A stretch of 64,000 bases of DNA from Candidatus Atabeyarchaeum deiterrae (GCA_037310415.1 CP147780.1:1632001-1696000); one strand, 5' to 3'. Positions 1-9,599 are shown, counted from the first letter of the stretch. Notes: a model not told the origin generated them from the sequence alone. A program made the numbers and translations.

Positions 1-106
1 TTCAACGGAAGCCACCTATAGCCACCCTTATGTCAATAACCACGTTAATAATACTTGCGTCTCAAATCATAAAAAAGTCAAAGGATTGGGGTTTACCTGT
101 GGTCTG

Positions 107-1234
107 TCAATGGACTCGCATGTTTTGAACTTTCATCCATGCATCTCTGCCACTTTTCTCTGGAACGTCGTCTTTGACTTTGACGAGTTTGATCGCATCA
201 TTCGGGCATGCTCTCGCACAGACACCGCATCCAATGCACTGCTCTTTGTTGAAAACGACCTTTTCATCAGATAAGTCGCTCTTGTGCCCGAAGTGGAAGG
301 TCAATGCCTTGAATGGACATATCCTCACGCATGTCTTGCATTTCTTGCACGAGTCATAGTCTAGCTCAGGTTGATAGTTTGATCTGGCGAAGGCCCTCGG
401 ATTCTTCAACTCTGATAGCCCTCTCAGGATTCCACAGCAACACGTGCAACAGTTACAGATGAAGGTAACGTCCTCTTGGCTATTGTTAGTGGTGTGCACA
501 AGACCCTTTTTCTCCGTCAAATCAAGGATCTTCTCCGCTTCAGCCTTATCTATTGGTCTTCCTACTCCAGAGTCAACGGTCCAATCCGCGAATTTGTCAA
601 ATGTCAAGCAGACTTCAACTGGTCTGTCACATCTCTTTCTCTCGGTCCTGCAAGCGCAATTCATAACAGCAATCGAATCAGCCTTCTTGATGTATTCGCT
701 AACTCGCTCGTATGGCAAAACCTCAAGTTGCGGCGAAAAAGTCTTCTCAATGGGAATGACCCTGGCCCAAGGATAATTCGAGGATCCGATCTCAGTACCA
801 TATCCATCAGAGTAGAAGCGGTCAACCCACTTTCCCACCTCTGCCTTCTCGCTCTCGGGATTCCTACGGTCAGCGAAGTAAGCTTCAAAAACCCCGGGAA
901 TCAGAGGAAGCAAAGCAAAGTACTCAGTACCTGTTCTCCTACTCTTACTTCTGTAGATCATGCCCCGCCTTAGTAAGCCATCAAAGACCTTCTTGACCTT
1001 TGCTTTATCTATCCCAGTTGCCTTGGAGAAGTCTTCGACGGTTCTGGAGTCCATGTATGGGATATTGAAGTTTGAGAGCATCTTCGCCTCTTCCTCAGTG
1101 AACATCTTCCTTAAGAACTTCAGTATGTCCTCACCTCGAGGCAAACCGATCGGAAAGTTGTCCATCTTGCGCCGCAGCAATTCGTAAACATCATCACTGC
1201 CCTTAACTGCTCCCAAGAAATAACCACCACACAA
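107..1234 (-). CDS. 4Fe-4S dicluster (ferredoxin) domain protein with N-terminal winged helix
   Basis: Two CxxCxxCxxxCP motifs plus CACR and CNCCTCCC motifs; the true start may be a TTG a few codons downstream. Confidence 0.85.
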   Translation of the reverse strand: MCGGYFLGAVKGSDDVYELLRRKMDNFPIGLPRGEDILKFLRKMFTEEEAKMLSNFNIPYMDSRTVEDFSKATGIDKAKVKKVFDGLLRRGMIYRSKSRRTGTEYFALLPLIPGVFEAYFADRRNPESEKAEVGKWVDRFYSDGYGTEIGSSNYPWARVIPIEKTFSPQLEVLPYERVSEYIKKADSIAVMNCACRTERKRCDRPVEVCLTFDKFADWTVDSGVGRPIDKAEAEKILDLTEKKGLVHTTNNSQEDVTFICNCCTCCCGILRGLSELKNPRAFARSNYQPELDYDSCKKCKTCVRICPFKALTFHFGHKSDLSDEKVVFNKEQCIGCGVCARACPNDAIKLVKVKDDVPEKSGRDAWMKVQNMRVH

Positions 1235-1441
1235 ACATCTTTGCGGCTAAATGTGACAACATCCACCTAATAAAGATGAATATCGCCCGAAAAACTATCT
1301 CAGCCAATCAGCCTATGACTGGCTCAAGGAAGACCTCAACATTAGTGTTACAGATGCTAACCAAGAACCCCAACGGCACCCACACCGCCAAAATCAAGAA
1401 TCGTGGGTGGGAGCATGCTAATACGGTCCAACACAACACCT

Positions 1442-1897
1442 TCATACGGGCGCATTCTTCCTGTGCTGGGATTCAAGAATGCTCTGAAGTCGAGTTCCAA
1501 GCTTGCTTCTGCCCGGCATATCGTAATCCGAAAGAAGTTGACCGAACCCCAAAGGTTCCTCATTTATCGCATCACTTATGCTTCTTCGAAGCTGAGGTTC
1601 GATAGCTTCGAAGTCCCGATCAGACTCGGCATCAAGCACCGCCAAAAACCCTTTGTGCATGTAAATAGTCAGTGTAAGATCTTGGAACTGCACCCTGCGC
1701 GGCAGGTTCTCCTCCATCTCGGCCTCTCTTCCAAATCTCTTCATGGAGGCAGAAAGTAGTCCGGAAAGAAACTCCTTCTCGACCCTTTCCAACGAGTCCT
1801 TACCTTTCTTGATCTCGTCTATCCAATGGAAAATGCACTTGTTGAAGGGACCAAACAGCCACATTGCTCTAATCGTCCCTACCACCGCCTCTCCCAT
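1442..1897 (-). CDS. longin/roadblock-like domain protein
   Basis: IRAMWLFGPFNKCIFH...FLSGLLSA pattern typical of Asgard longin-like domains. Confidence 0.55.
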   Translation of the reverse strand: MGEAVVGTIRAMWLFGPFNKCIFHWIDEIKKGKDSLERVEKEFLSGLLSASMKRFGREAEMEENLPRRVQFQDLTLTIYMHKGFLAVLDAESDRDFEAIEPQLRRSISDAINEEPLGFGQLLSDYDMPGRSKLGTRLQSILESQHRKNAPV

Positions 1898-1987
1898 TTT
1901 CCCATCGTCTAGTTGATAATACTTTCATATAAAGTAATCGCTACCATGATACGGGAACATAATGCTAACCCCTTTTCGATCTCGAGA

Positions 1988-2518
1988 CTACGATGCGCTT
2001 ATCACTTTCCGTCCAACGTGAGCATAAGTAATAACCTTTGAAGCAGTCCTCGCGAGCTCGACAGGCGACCCCAGGCCAATAGCATCATCACCAACTCTGC
2101 CACCAACAACAAGCATTACTGGAATAGAGAATTCCTTGCATATGCTTCGAAGCAGTTCAGAGGCTGATTGAATGGTCTCCCAGTCAGACAATTCCAACAT
2201 GACAATCGCGGCCGTGGCACCCTGAAGGAAGGACACCTCAAACCCAAGGTTCTTCCCTGGACTCTTACTGAGGATCCAAAATGCAACACGACCATCATTC
2301 AAATCCACGACTCGAGTGCCGACGACGTGGCCTTCGCCTCTATCGAAACTGTCCGTACCTGGTCTCTCATATTCCCGATTTTCCTGCAAGCTAGCACGTT
2401 CGTACCCGCCTCTGCTCTTAACCTGTATTACGACAACCTTTCGGACTGTTCTTGATGAGGCGTTGTCGCCTCCAATGGGAGGATTATTCTCTACTACTTT
2501 GTCGCTAACTGTCAACAT
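1988..2518 (-). CDS. degenerate Ras/Rab-like small GTPase-fold protein
   Basis: KVVVI, VAFWIL, FLQGATAAIVMLELSDWETIQS and IPVMLVVG match the Rab scaffold; G1/G3/G4 motifs absent. Confidence 0.6.
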   Translation of the reverse strand: MLTVSDKVVENNPPIGGDNASSRTVRKVVVIQVKSRGGYERASLQENREYERPGTDSFDRGEGHVVGTRVVDLNDGRVAFWILSKSPGKNLGFEVSFLQGATAAIVMLELSDWETIQSASELLRSICKEFSIPVMLVVGGRVGDDAIGLGSPVELARTASKVITYAHVGRKVISAS

Positions 2519-2729
2519 TACTCACACCTTCCAATGCCTTTCAGAGCAACTTCTCCAACCTACACTATGGTCGAAGGCTTTAAATACCGACAAAATCATG
2601 TATGAATAAAGGAGTACTGTGTCTCGGAAAGACAGAATGGGGAAAAGATAGAGACAATTTGCCGAGAAAAGCACTAGTTTGACTCGAATGCGTCGGGAGA
2701 AGCCCTGCTGTGTCTTATTCTCTCCCAGG

Positions 2730-2781
2730 GCGTGAACCATTTTAAACCGATTTTGTCGGAGCATTTTAATTTGGTTCACGC
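2730..2781. promoter_or_regulatory. inverted-repeat operator-like element upstream of the peptide gene
   Basis: GCGTGAACCATTTTAAA (2730-2746) and TTTAATTTGGTTCACGC (2765-2781) are 15/17 inverted matches; the left arm is repeated exactly (16 bp) at 4703-4718. Confidence 0.65.
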
Positions 2782-2799
2782 AGGAATAACCTTTCTATG

Positions 2800-2812
2800 A
2801 AAAAGTTTAATA
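2800..2812 (+). promoter_or_regulatory. BRE/TATA promoter of the small peptide gene
   Basis: AAAAAGTTTAATA ~50 nt before ATG 2862; GGAGG at 2846-2850 and AGAGG at 2856-2860. Confidence 0.6.
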
Positions 2813-2861
2813 GACACATTTCTTTAAGACGTACCAGGAAGAACCGGAGGGCAGAAGAGGA

Positions 2862-2999
2862 ATGAAAATAGGCGAATTCTTCATAGAGTACAATAGACTA
2901 CTAGTCATCGGAGCGATTCTAACAATACTACTGATGGCTACGCTTCTAGGCGCGCCTGCGGCTGCATTGCCGACGGCTGGAAGCGGGTCACCGGCATAG
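2862..2999 (+). CDS. small secreted pre-peptide (45 aa), not in the ORF track
   Basis: MKIGEFFIEYNRLLVIGAILTILLMATLLGAPAAALPTAGSGSPA*: SD, promoter, hydrophobic h-region and AxA cleavage motif. Confidence 0.75.
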   Translation: MKIGEFFIEYNRLLVIGAILTILLMATLLGAPAAALPTAGSGSPA

Positions 3000-3133
3000 T
3001 TAGTCTAACCAAGAAGCGATCTCTGTGCAAAGAGCCGTGCGCAGCCTTCGTACGGGACCGTATAGATCTTGTGCTGTCCCCCATATTCTTCTTTTTCGTT
3101 TAGGGTCAATTCCTTAGTTTGCAGACTTCGGCC

Positions 3134-4627
3134 TCAGGGTAATGACTCGTAGCGTCTTAGGAAGTTCAGCTCGCCATCTAGACGGGTCCATTGTTGTCTA
3201 CTATCATTCCACTTTTCATACAAGTGAATAAGGCTTCGTCCTCCAATGTTCTCAAACCTGTTAGAAGAAGCAACAACTGTGATCTCGTTTATTCCTTTTA
3301 TCATGTAGTTGATTTTCGCCGCTTCGCTGGCTGCGGATTTGATAAACAGCAGGACGCCCCTGTCCGTTCTATATAGGAAGTAGTAAGGCAGGTACCCCAC
3401 AGCGTAACGCAGTTCCTCGACTTGCTCTTCATCACACTCAATTAGGTATGCATTCAAGTTGTCAAGGCCAAGGCCCCAATATGTCATGTAAGGATAGATG
3501 GCTGGTTGTTTTTCTCCTCCGCCATTCAATGATTGGTTCTCAGCTGACATAAGCCTGTTAATCTTGCGAGTGACTGTTGGCCTGGATATGCCATAGCCAA
3601 ACTGTGTAAGCCGTTTTTTGATCTCGCTGTGGGAGATCAGCGGGTCGGTTGCACATATTGCGGCGATCAGGAAGTCCTTTCTGTCAAACACAAGTGGCTC
3701 AGCTGAATAGTGAAACTCCGCGGCTTTTCTTGATATCTCCTTGTTCTCTCGTATAAATTCGAAGAAGCCATATGCCCATAGTTGCGGATCGAAAAACCAA
3801 CTTCTGCCATCAAAGAATTCCAAGTTTGAACCTGTTGAGAAAGATTTCAGCTCGACTAGGTTGATATCCCGAAATACTTCACCCTTCAGCTCGTTTAGAC
3901 TTTCCTTGAACTCATTAAGCTCCTTGCTATGGTTAGGTATGACGAAACTTGCCCAACTGCTTCCCTCGTAAACGTCTGAATTCAAATTCAGTGCGAAAGG
4001 CAAGTTGTCGAAGAGTAGTCTCCTTAGATATTCATCCTTTCCTCTGTATTCCTCCAAGATGTTGAAAAAGACTATGAAATGTCTCAACTTGAACATTGGA
4101 TAATTGATGTATCCATAGAACCTCAAAAGGCTTGATTTCTGAAGAGAGTTACTCGCATGGGAGACTGCTTGAGGTGAGAACCCAAGCTGCTTCGCAATTT
4201 CAGTGTACGAACTACCCGGATTCTTCATGAAGGTATCTAAGTACAACTTCTGCTTTGTGCGTATTCTCCTCCCTTCGGGCGCAAGGCAAGTGATGAGCGT
4301 TCTTCGGACTACTTCTGGTTTCGTTATTCTATACTTTCTAATACTGGTTAATCTCGAGATCAAAGCATCTCTAATGTTACGGGTTGCTGGCGCAGTGAAT
4401 GGATCAAAATAAGTGAGGGCCAACCTTTTCGTTAAACTCGGGTCAATCATTATTTGCTCTTGCTTTAGCTTGGGGTTATCACATCTCGCCAGGTAAATTC
4501 TTGTGAGAGCAAAAAGCACCTTAAGTTCTCCGTTTTCAACCTGTGGAAACAGGTTATCATACAAGTTTAGCTGTTGAGATATCGACTCTATTAGGTTTGA
4601 GTCTGTTTGCTCGTACTGTTTGCTCAT
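3134..4627 (-). CDS. large transcriptional regulator with tandem Lrp/AsnC-like HTH + RAM modules
   Basis: HTH SYTEIAKQLGFSPQAVSHASNSL followed by INYPMFKL; second HTH ISHSEIKKRL...ISRPTVTRKINRL. Confidence 0.75.
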   Translation of the reverse strand: MSKQYEQTDSNLIESISQQLNLYDNLFPQVENGELKVLFALTRIYLARCDNPKLKQEQIMIDPSLTKRLALTYFDPFTAPATRNIRDALISRLTSIRKYRITKPEVVRRTLITCLAPEGRRIRTKQKLYLDTFMKNPGSSYTEIAKQLGFSPQAVSHASNSLQKSSLLRFYGYINYPMFKLRHFIVFFNILEEYRGKDEYLRRLLFDNLPFALNLNSDVYEGSSWASFVIPNHSKELNEFKESLNELKGEVFRDINLVELKSFSTGSNLEFFDGRSWFFDPQLWAYGFFEFIRENKEISRKAAEFHYSAEPLVFDRKDFLIAAICATDPLISHSEIKKRLTQFGYGISRPTVTRKINRLMSAENQSLNGGGEKQPAIYPYMTYWGLGLDNLNAYLIECDEEQVEELRYAVGYLPYYFLYRTDRGVLLFIKSAASEAAKINYMIKGINEITVVASSNRFENIGGRSLIHLYEKWNDSRQQWTRLDGELNFLRRYESLP

Positions 4628-4702
4628 CTACCTCACCCCATGCCCACAGGTACAGACTGGACGCTGTGACCTGTACGTGGAGTAACCTTTCTCTCTCCTA
4701 GT

Positions 4703-4718
4703 GTTTAAAATGGTTCAC
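4703..4718 (-). promoter_or_regulatory. operator-like motif upstream of the regulator
   Basis: GTTTAAAATGGTTCAC is the exact reverse complement of 2732-2747. Confidence 0.6.
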
Positions 4719-4943
4719 CGACTATTAGTAATTTGTCTCAATGAAATTTGATTTATGTATCGAAAATTATTGTTAGCCATGTTTTGTCTCCAATGTAAGG
4801 GTAGAAAACCTGAACTCTTGCAGTGACTGAGATGGATTAACGCACCAATCGTCAACAAAGCATTGTACGATGAGAATCAGCATCAAGTCCCGCAAGCCTA
4901 TTTAAGTTACATCACCGAATAAGCAAGCTATTGTCTTAGAAGG

Positions 4944-5747
4944 ATGGTGTTAGAACTCATGACATTATCTGAAAAGGTCGCCCTTCTCGTCGGATCTGGG
5001 AAGGGTCTTGGGCAGGCTATCGCTTCCGCTCTTGCCAAGAATGGTGCCGATGTCGCGATTGCAGATTTAGAGGAGAATGTTGCCAAGGAAACAGCAAAAC
5101 TTGTCAACGAACAAGGGAGAAAATCCTTGGCAATGAAGGTCGATCCTCGCTCCGGCAATGAGGTCGAGAACCTCGTTAGAAAAGTAGTTGACGAGTTCGG
5201 AAAGATCGACATACTTGTCAACGCCCTAAGCGCTGCGACCTCAGCCCAGTATATTGATACAACTGAAGATGACTACGATCTCAACATGGATTTCAACGCC
5301 AAAGGTGTCTATTTTACCTGCAAATCTGTATCAAAACGCATGATTGAACAAGGAAGAGGAAAGATCATTAACATTTCATCCATGTACGGGAAATCTGGCG
5401 GGCTACTGCTCGCTGCATATGCAGCTTCAAAGGCAGCCGTGATCGGATTCACTCAATGCTTGGCCGTCGAACTAGCTGAGTACGGAATATGTGTTAACGC
5501 CATCTGCTCCGGACTAATTGAGAGGCGGGAACTTGAACTTGCCGCTACACTTAAAGGTATGTCGCCGACCCAGATTGAAGGAGAGGGATTTTCAGCGTCA
5601 CCTGAGAGGAGTATCGGCGAACCCCAAGACATCGCAAAGCTAGTAGTCTTTTTAGCATCTGACGAGTCTAATTACATCACTGGTCAGGCGCTTAACTTGG
5701 CTGATGACGAAGTCACCTACATGCGGTCGTTGACTATCGCAAGGTAA
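4944..5747 (+). CDS. short-chain dehydrogenase/reductase
   Basis: GSGKGLG, YAASK, YITGQ. Confidence 0.9.
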   Translation: MVLELMTLSEKVALLVGSGKGLGQAIASALAKNGADVAIADLEENVAKETAKLVNEQGRKSLAMKVDPRSGNEVENLVRKVVDEFGKIDILVNALSAATSAQYIDTTEDDYDLNMDFNAKGVYFTCKSVSKRMIEQGRGKIINISSMYGKSGGLLLAAYAASKAAVIGFTQCLAVELAEYGICVNAICSGLIERRELELAATLKGMSPTQIEGEGFSASPERSIGEPQDIAKLVVFLASDESNYITGQALNLADDEVTYMRSLTIAR

Positions 5748-5993
5748 TTCCTGCGCTGGTGAGAAATCTATTCACACCTTCTTTGGTCATTCCTGATGCT
5801 TCTTGCCGATCTTGTTTATTCTCAATCGTTTCACCTTGCTAGAAGCAAAAGAAGCAAAGCTAAAGTACTAGCGATCGGCATAACTGAAAACAGGGGTAAG
5901 GGAAGCTCGATAGGAAGGAGCTTGGAAAGACTTCACCTGGATTATTGCACAGTATGGAACCTGAATATGAGACTTTTAAGAGGTCGATGATAG

Positions 5994-6332
5994 ATGACGG
6001 ATGCCATCAAGGTTATGCGAAAGAGAGAGATCAAAACTTTCATGGATGTTGATGAGCTATGCAGACTCTATGTTAAGACAAACCAAATTACCTTCGGAAC
6101 ATCCACACTTGAGCCAGGAAAAAAGGGCGGTACTGACCCTGGACATAAGAATGGCGAAGAGATCTTCTATGTCGCAAAAGGAAAGGTCATCTGCAGCTTC
6201 CCAAAAAGCGGGGTCAAAAAAGAGTTGAATGAAGGCGACATTGTCATAATTCCCAAGATGGAGCCTCATGAACTTCATAATCCCGGTAAAACTGATGTAG
6301 TAGTAGTCTGGAGTCTTGCGCCTTCAGATTGA
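5994..6332 (+). CDS. cupin domain protein
   Basis: GHKNGEEIFYV...GD...P..EPHELHN. Confidence 0.9.
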   Translation: MTDAIKVMRKREIKTFMDVDELCRLYVKTNQITFGTSTLEPGKKGGTDPGHKNGEEIFYVAKGKVICSFPKSGVKKELNEGDIVIIPKMEPHELHNPGKTDVVVVWSLAPSD

Positions 6333-6381
6333 GATCCAAGCCATACTCAATCCCAGAAGATAGGAAGAGGTTGAGCTAACA

Positions 6382-7905
6382 ATGAGCGGTGGTTATCTGC
6401 TAAGTGTCGACTCTGGAACGACGGCAACGAAAGTTGCCCTCTTCAACGATAAAGGTGAACTTCAAGCCATTTCAACGCACGAATACAAGCTTATCACACC
6501 CAGCGCTCTTGCAGTGGAGATCGATGCAGATACTCTGTGGAATGCCTTCAAAGCTGGAGTAGCTGAAGTCGTCAAAAAGACGAAGACAAACACAAAGGAC
6601 ATCGCCGCAATAGGGATTTCGGCTCAAGGAGAAACACTAATCCTACTAGACAGGAACGGGAAGCCTCTCAGGCGAGCCATCTCATGGATGGACAACAGAG
6701 CCCAAGGAGAAGCCGAGAAGCTTGACAAGGAATTTGACGATGGAACAAGTTACCGAATAACTGGCCAAGTGAAACTTGTGCCAACGTGGCCAGCATCAAA
6801 AATACTCTGGATAAAAAGAAATGAACCTGACCTGTACAAGAAAGTCTACAAGTATCTTCTTGTTGAGGATTACTTGATCTATAAGATGACTAGCAACTTT
6901 GCCTGTGAAGGTTCATTGATCTGCTCCACCTGTTATTGGAATATCATTACTGAGAAATGGTGGGACGAAATGCTTGAATGCCTAGGCATTTCTCTGGAGC
7001 AGCTGCCCGAAATCAAGCTATCCGGCGAAGCTGTTGGCGAGCTTACACGCGAAGCAGCTTCCGAGCTTGGACTGACAACCAAGACCGTTGTATCGATGGG
7101 AGCACTTGACCAAGCATGTGGTGCGATCGGAGTTGGAAACACTCGGCAAGGAATGTTCTCAGAGAATACTGGGGCAGCTCTGGCAATATGTGCCCCCGTA
7201 GAAGAACCCATTTTTGACGAGGAGCGCAGGATGCCAGTTCACTACTTTGCCATTCCTCACAGGTATATGGAGCACACGTTCACGACTGGCGGAATGGTCC
7301 TACGTTGGTATCGGGACACGTTCTGTCAACCTGAGATTGCTGCTGCATCCCTGTCAAAGGTGGATCCGTATGATACAATTGGAGATGAGGCTGAACAGGT
7401 TCCACCAGGATGCGAGGGGCTAGTTATGTTGCCTCACCTTCAAGGAGCGATGGCACCTGAAGCAAATCAGAAAGCCAAGGGTGTCTTCTACGGCTTCACA
7501 CTGAAACACACGAAAGCTCACTTCGCCAGGGCTATCATGGAAGCAATTGCGTGCATCGTTCGAAGAAACATAGACGTAATCGAAGACCTTGGAACAAAGG
7601 TAAATGAGATCAGAGCGCTGGGAGGGGGCGCGAGGTCTCGAGTCTGGAAGCAGATAGAAGCCGACATTACAAAAAGACCCGTCGTCACCACAAAGAATGA
7701 GGAAGCAGCGTGTCTGGGGGCGGCGATTCTGGCTGGGAAGGCGATTGGTCTCTACCATAACATAGAACAGGCCTCTGAAAACATGGTGGCGATAAAAGAA
7801 AGATTCGAGCCCAATTACAGGAATTTCAGCATTTATGACCATAGTTATGAGAAGTATGTCAAGTTGTACTCGGATCTATGTGACTTGTTCTCAAAGGAAG
7901 AATAA
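6382..7905 (+). CDS. FGGY-family carbohydrate kinase (xylulokinase-like)
   Basis: DSGTTATK, WMDNRA, GALDQAC, GGGARS. Confidence 0.92.
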   Translation: MSGGYLLSVDSGTTATKVALFNDKGELQAISTHEYKLITPSALAVEIDADTLWNAFKAGVAEVVKKTKTNTKDIAAIGISAQGETLILLDRNGKPLRRAISWMDNRAQGEAEKLDKEFDDGTSYRITGQVKLVPTWPASKILWIKRNEPDLYKKVYKYLLVEDYLIYKMTSNFACEGSLICSTCYWNIITEKWWDEMLECLGISLEQLPEIKLSGEAVGELTREAASELGLTTKTVVSMGALDQACGAIGVGNTRQGMFSENTGAALAICAPVEEPIFDEERRMPVHYFAIPHRYMEHTFTTGGMVLRWYRDTFCQPEIAAASLSKVDPYDTIGDEAEQVPPGCEGLVMLPHLQGAMAPEANQKAKGVFYGFTLKHTKAHFARAIMEAIACIVRRNIDVIEDLGTKVNEIRALGGGARSRVWKQIEADITKRPVVTTKNEEAACLGAAILAGKAIGLYHNIEQASENMVAIKERFEPNYRNFSIYDHSYEKYVKLYSDLCDLFSKEE

Positions 7906-7958
7906 CTGAGTGAGAACAGTTTTTTTCATCCTTTTTTGGTGTATTGACGATAGTTCAC

Positions 7959-8624
7959 TCACTTGTTTGTCTCTTCTAGCACCGCTTTCAATTGGTCACT
8001 CAACGATCCCCGTGGGATGAATCTCCTTTCAAGTATTGCTCCACCAATTGTGAAAGCCCACACATTGAGTTTAACCATTTCGCGGACTCGTTCATAGCTG
8101 TCTATGCTTCCTGCTATTATTAATGGGATATTCACGGCTTTCTTGACAGCCATGATCAGCTTTCTGACATCCCCATCATAACGGTATGCGAGCAAGTTGA
8201 TCCCATGTGCTCCCATTTTCTCCACTTTCTTTGCGTCCTCGACTATCTCACTAATGGTTCCTCTGAGAAGACAAGGGTGACCAATGATCTTTCCAATGTA
8301 GGGAAAATACTTGACTCCACTTCCTTTTACCAATGGCAGAGTCTGTTTAGGAAAAGTTCCTCCAATAAGGTAGTCCACACGGAGGTCTAGGGCAGCTTTG
8401 GCTGATCTTAGGTTTTCCTCTTCAGATCCGCTCACTACCTCGAGGAACGTTTTCATCTTCTGGTTTTTCATCATTTTGACGAGTTCCATGAGCTTCTCAT
8501 TCGGCAGACCGATATCCTTGAATCCAACGCACTTGAAACCGGCTCCTTTAGTTTCCCTATACACTTCTATCGCGTTGGAAATAGTGAAGTCGTTTTGTGT
8601 TAGCATGAAGATGAACTCAACCAT
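7959..8624 (-). CDS. uncharacterised TIM-barrel protein (phosphate-binding barrel type)
   Basis: FIFMLT, GFKDIG, LLAYRY, IAGSI and FTIGGA motifs. Confidence 0.65.
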   Translation of the reverse strand: MVEFIFMLTQNDFTISNAIEVYRETKGAGFKCVGFKDIGLPNEKLMELVKMMKNQKMKTFLEVVSGSEEENLRSAKAALDLRVDYLIGGTFPKQTLPLVKGSGVKYFPYIGKIIGHPCLLRGTISEIVEDAKKVEKMGAHGINLLAYRYDGDVRKLIMAVKKAVNIPLIIAGSIDSYERVREMVKLNVWAFTIGGAILERRFIPRGSLSDQLKAVLEETNK

Positions 8625-8741
8625 CCAATCATACCTCCTGACTACTGTAAGGCGTCATGGGGCGGACAAAAATCTTGGCTGCGGAGGAAAGCTACGAACG
8701 ACCTTGAAGCATGTGTTTCCTCCCAGCCTCACAGTACGCTT

Positions 8742-9479
8742 CTATTTTTCTTCGAACTCTATCGCGAAAACCCTTCCAGGCGTTGCACTAAGGCCGACGA
8801 TCCTGAGAGGAGCTGCAACTAAGAAGACTCGCTTGTCAACAACCTCTGGGCAGTTTGTCATGCCTGTGACTATCGGAATTCCGTTCTCGAGTAGCGCCGA
8901 ATGTCCTCCTAACGACATTATTATGTGTTGCTCAGCCACTCCAACGCACTTGACACCTTTGTCTACAAGCCAGTGCGCAGCTGTGGCGCCAATCAATGGA
9001 ACATCGGGGATCTCAAAGTCAGTGTAGAAGAAGACTATGTCACCCTTCCTTATCTTTTTGTCCAGTGGTTTCATGTCTTCCTCTGTAAGGAGTTTTCCAG
9101 TGACGCCCATCCTCTCGGCTCTTTCTCTAATCTTGTCCATGTCATCTTCCATGCCAACATAACTCATGTTGATGACGATGCCCTCGCCGGCAAACAAGTC
9201 GATGGGCAGCTCGCCTATTGTCTTTCCTCCTTTGAACATATATTGGTGGTAAGGCGCCTCAATATGGGTTCCAAGATGGCTCCAGATCGTTATGTCCTCT
9301 ACCAAGCAACGATCAGGGACGTATATGTAAGGGTCAACTTTTATGAGCTTGTCACGATCATTTGCTCCCCATTGATCTTCTTTCTGCCAATTAGGATCCT
9401 TCGCGTCTATGATTTCAGTCATATCGATTATTCGTTTGATTTTCACTTTGTCTACCCTCCAATCAACAAATCTAATCAA
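8742..9479 (-). CDS. cyclase family / kynurenine formamidase-like metal hydrolase
   Basis: HLGTHIEAPYH, APLRIVG.SATPGRVFA. Confidence 0.85.
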   Translation of the reverse strand: MIRFVDWRVDKVKIKRIIDMTEIIDAKDPNWQKEDQWGANDRDKLIKVDPYIYVPDRCLVEDITIWSHLGTHIEAPYHQYMFKGGKTIGELPIDLFAGEGIVINMSYVGMEDDMDKIRERAERMGVTGKLLTEEDMKPLDKKIRKGDIVFFYTDFEIPDVPLIGATAAHWLVDKGVKCVGVAEQHIIMSLGGHSALLENGIPIVTGMTNCPEVVDKRVFLVAAPLRIVGLSATPGRVFAIEFEEK

Positions 9480-9599
9480 TTAGGATCTGGGATTGTATAA
9501 TTAGGCTTCCATGCTTCATCAATAATAAGGTTTCTAAAAGAAGATCCTTTTCCCATACGGCAACTGAAAGCAATGCACATACCCGGAAAGCTGCGTTGT

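Noticed and set aside
2522-2779. 85-aa minus-strand ORF
   Set aside because: Overlaps the regulatory palindrome, has no SD and shows no recognisable protein features
8398-9500. Long plus-strand ORFs (209 and 191 aa) and similar shadow ORFs across the window
   Set aside because: Antisense to well-supported genes
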